Source of the DNA: Chloroflexota bacterium
GTDB lineage: Bacteria > Chloroflexota > Limnocylindria > Limnocylindrales > CSP1-4
Direction of reading: 5' to 3'
Assembly: GCA_039933295.1 (NCBI GenBank)
Contig: JBDTOJ010000034.1
Span: forward strand, 1 to 47,627
Length of the DNA stretch: 47,627 nt
Shown: piece after piece, positions 45,162 through 47,627 of the stretch
How positions within the stretch are numbered: the first letter of the stretch is position 1
Layout: every line of letters starts with the position of its first letter
Translations under genes and position numbers: made by a program
The notes under the pieces: generated by a model
Databases searched by the model: none
The model's input: the letters and a program-made list of their open reading frames with translations, nothing else
What the model was told of the DNA's origin: nothing

Positions 45162-47627
45162 TTACGGGCCGGTGTCGATCGGGGTCGGGATCTGGAGAGT
45201 AAAGACGTCGGTCAGCGCCAGGCCCTCTTCGGCCGTGGCCACGCGCCCGCCACCGTCCCGTTTGACCATGAAGCAGGCCCGGTCGGCGGCGAGCAGGATG
45301 TCGTCCGGCGTCGCCCCGTCATTCGGATACGTCGCAACCCCCGCGGATGCCTCGACATGCACGCCCTTGCTGCGCATGTCGGCGGTCGGGCCCATGACGT
45401 TGGCGAATGCGCCGCGAATGCGATCTGCAACCGGCCCGACATGGGTCGCATCCGTCCGCGGCAAGAGGACCACGAATTCGTCGCCGCCATATCGGAAGGC
45501 CAGATCAGTCTCGCGGCTCGCATCGGCGATCGCGGTCGCAAAGGCCCGGAGGAATGCGTTGCCCGCCTCGTGACCGAACGAATCGTTGACCAGCTTGAAT
45601 CGATCGAGGTCGATCATGACGAGGCTGAACGGCTCCCCTGCGGCCACGGCTTTGGCCAGTTCGTGCCGGAAGCTTCGATGATTTCGGAGCCCGGTCAGGT
45701 CGTCGGTCTCCGCCTGACGGGTGATGGCGCCGTGGGCTCGAGCGTTCTGGACGGCGATCGAAACCTGGGCCGCAAACAATGCCACCAATTCGAACTCTTC
45801 CTCGCTGAACGACCGGCCCTCCCCGAGGCGCTCGATCGAGAGGACGCCGATGGCGCCAATGCGTCCTCGCAGCGGGACGCAGATCAACCCCCCGTGAACG
45901 CGCCCACCGGGGCCGACGAATACGCGGTCGTCATCGAACTGGTCGGCGAGGAGCACAGGGAGGTTGTGCTCCATCACCCAGGTGGCGATGCCGGTCTCGC
46001 CCGGGAGGAAGGGCTCTAGATAGTTCTCAGCCTCGAGACCCCGTGCGATCACCGGAACCAAACGTACCCCACCGTCCTCGACCAGTTCGATCCAGATGTT
46101 GTCCGAGCCGACGAGTTCGCCAAGGCGATCGGCCACGGATTCGAGGACCGTCGTCGTATCGAGTGTGCTGAGGATGGTCTCGGTGATCTCGAGCAGGTCG
46201 CGGCGGCTCTGCAGCTGGCGCTCCAGGCGCTGTGTTGCGTCGGCGTGGGCCATCGCCTGTGCGGCGAAGCTCGCATAGATCACGAGAAGCCGGAGGTCGT
46301 CGTCGCTGAACCTGTTCAGCCCGAGCTTCGACAGCACGAGGACGCCGAGCACGTCGTCCTCGAAGACCATCGGGGCGAGGATCATGGATTCATCGACGTC
46401 ACGCTCCGTCCCCGGGATCGTGTCCGCCCGGGGATCTGCGGCCGCGTCCCGCAGGTTCTCGGCAACACGATGGGCTGCAACCCAGCCGGTGATTCCCGCC
46501 CCGACCTTGAGGCGCAGCTGGTCTTCGGTCTCGTCGAGGTACTCACCTTCGCCTTGGGCCGCGACCGGGATCAGGTCGTCGCCGTACTGCCGATAGACGC
46601 GAACGTTGTGGTAGTCGATGAGATCACGAAGCTCTGTCGCAATCGCATTCCCGATTGCGCCCACGTCCGATAGCCGGTTGAGTCGAGTTCCGAGTTGCTG
46701 GATCGACTGCAGCTGGGCTGCCCAGGTCGCGAGCTGGGCGTAGGTGCGCACGCTCCGGATGGCCACGCTTGCCTGGATGGCGAGCCGGGCCAGGGCGTCG
46801 AGTTCGTCGGCCCTCCAGTGGTGCCGACGATCGTGATAGACGTTCAGGCTCCCGATGGACTCCGACGTCTCGACGTCGATGAGCGGTGCAACACAGACCG
46901 TGTCGTAGCCCTCCTGGACCACGCTCGATCGCACGTCCGCCGCGCGTGCATCGTCGCGAAACCCGATCGCAAATGCCGGACGACCACGCTCGACCGCATC
47001 CGTCGTGAGGCCGCCGAGATCGCCCGGACCCATGGCCTCGAGATAGGCGGCCGATAACCCGCGCGAAGCAACCGTTTCCCGCGAGCCATCTGGTCGAAAG
47101 AGGAAGACGGCTCCGCGATCGGCGGCGAACATCGCGATGGCATGGTCGACGAGTCGACCCTGAAGCTGGTCCGAGTCGAACCGGCTCCCGATGTCGCTCG
47201 CGACGCGGCCGATGGCCTCGGCCCAGTGGACGCGCCGCTCGAGCGCCGTGGATGCAGCGGCGACCTGAAGGACCGAACCGAGGATGTCCGCCATCCCCAC
47301 GAGCAGGTCGCGGGTCGTCGTCGTCGGCTCGGCGTCGTCCGCGGCGATGACGAGGAGCACCCCCCACGCGCCATCGGAACCGGGAATCGCGCATGCCATG
47401 CGCCGCCCGCCGATCCCCGCGGCAACCGGACCGTCCAGCTCGTCGGCCACGGAGTCGGCGACGATGCCGGGGTGTCTGAGCGCCGCACCAAGGATCCCGA
47501 AGCCATCGTCGACGTCGGCCCGCGCAATGCCGGTTGGCCCGGACGACCCCGCCGGCTCGAGGCGATGGCTGTGGCGACGCCACACGGAGACGTGCCGGAA
47601 GGCGAAACCCTCCCTGATCGATCTGGT
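45162..47627 (-). CDS. multi-GAF diguanylate cyclase (5'-truncated by window)
   Basis: At least 4 GAF-like repeats; DDLTGLRN, DLDRFK.VND.FGH, RYGGDEF, I-site RETD; frame open to the window end. Confidence 0.93.
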   Translation of the reverse strand, partial: TRSIREGFAFRHVSVWRRHSHRLEPAGSSGPTGIARADVDDGFGILGAALRHPGIVADSVADELDGPVAAGIGGRRMACAIPGSDGAWGVLLVIAADDAEPTTTTRDLLVGMADILGSVLQVAAASTALERRVHWAEAIGRVASDIGSRFDSDQLQGRLVDHAIAMFAADRGAVFLFRPDGSRETVASRGLSAAYLEAMGPGDLGGLTTDAVERGRPAFAIGFRDDARAADVRSSVVQEGYDTVCVAPLIDVETSESIGSLNVYHDRRHHWRADELDALARLAIQASVAIRSVRTYAQLATWAAQLQSIQQLGTRLNRLSDVGAIGNAIATELRDLIDYHNVRVYRQYGDDLIPVAAQGEGEYLDETEDQLRLKVGAGITGWVAAHRVAENLRDAAADPRADTIPGTERDVDESMILAPMVFEDDVLGVLVLSKLGLNRFSDDDLRLLVIYASFAAQAMAHADATQRLERQLQSRRDLLEITETILSTLDTTTVLESVADRLGELVGSDNIWIELVEDGGVRLVPVIARGLEAENYLEPFLPGETGIATWVMEHNLPVLLADQFDDDRVFVGPGGRVHGGLICVPLRGRIGAIGVLSIERLGEGRSFSEEEFELVALFAAQVSIAVQNARAHGAITRQAETDDLTGLRNHRSFRHELAKAVAAGEPFSLVMIDLDRFKLVNDSFGHEAGNAFLRAFATAIADASRETDLAFRYGGDEFVVLLPRTDATHVGPVADRIRGAFANVMGPTADMRSKGVHVEASAGVATYPNDGATPDDILLAADRACFMVKRDGGGRVATAEEGLALTDVFTLQIPTPIDTGP

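Overview
High-GC bacterial chromosomal window. Gene content (F420-dependent LLM enzyme, many lipoproteins, paired FtsX-type permeases, frequent leaderless genes) suggests a monoderm soil or freshwater lineage such as Chloroflexota (Ca. Limnocylindria-like) or Actinomycetota; this is inference only. It holds about 45 CDS and one tRNA-Arg(TCG) at 27384-27460 (-). No CRISPR array, rRNA, integrase or transposase was found. 1-11.6 kb: ABC-2 exporter end, CPBP protease, MBL-rhodanese, F420 LLM oxidoreductase, GT2, Zn/Mn ABC importer and MATE. About 11.6-27.4 kb, downstream of the tRNA, is a mosaic accessory region: orphan NuoF-like protein plus ferredoxin, two paralogous micro membrane proteins, FMO, Zn-ADH, a Zn-finger/Arg-motif microprotein, ACE-like M2 peptidase, a DICT-USP fusion with an SDR, cupin/TetR and several gene scraps. 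It ends in a one-gene cassette bounded by a 32/36-nt duplication of the tRNA 3' end. 27.7-47.6 kb: 2 FtsX + 2 ATPase exporter (one ATPase has an AbrB-like tail), a 12-bp tandem repeat, M23 peptidase, a WYL regulator locus (divergent 82-aa protein; downstream CAP protein and SAMHD1-like HD hydrolase), DUF62 SAM hydrolase plus polar amino-acid ABC importer, LysM-deacetylase and a partial multi-GAF diguanylate cyclase. Best candidates for new biology: the WYL/microprotein/CAP/HD locus, the integrase-less tRNA-anchored cassette, the DICT-USP operon with a Dos-like box, and the twin microproteins. All calls come from manual motif reading; no searches were run.
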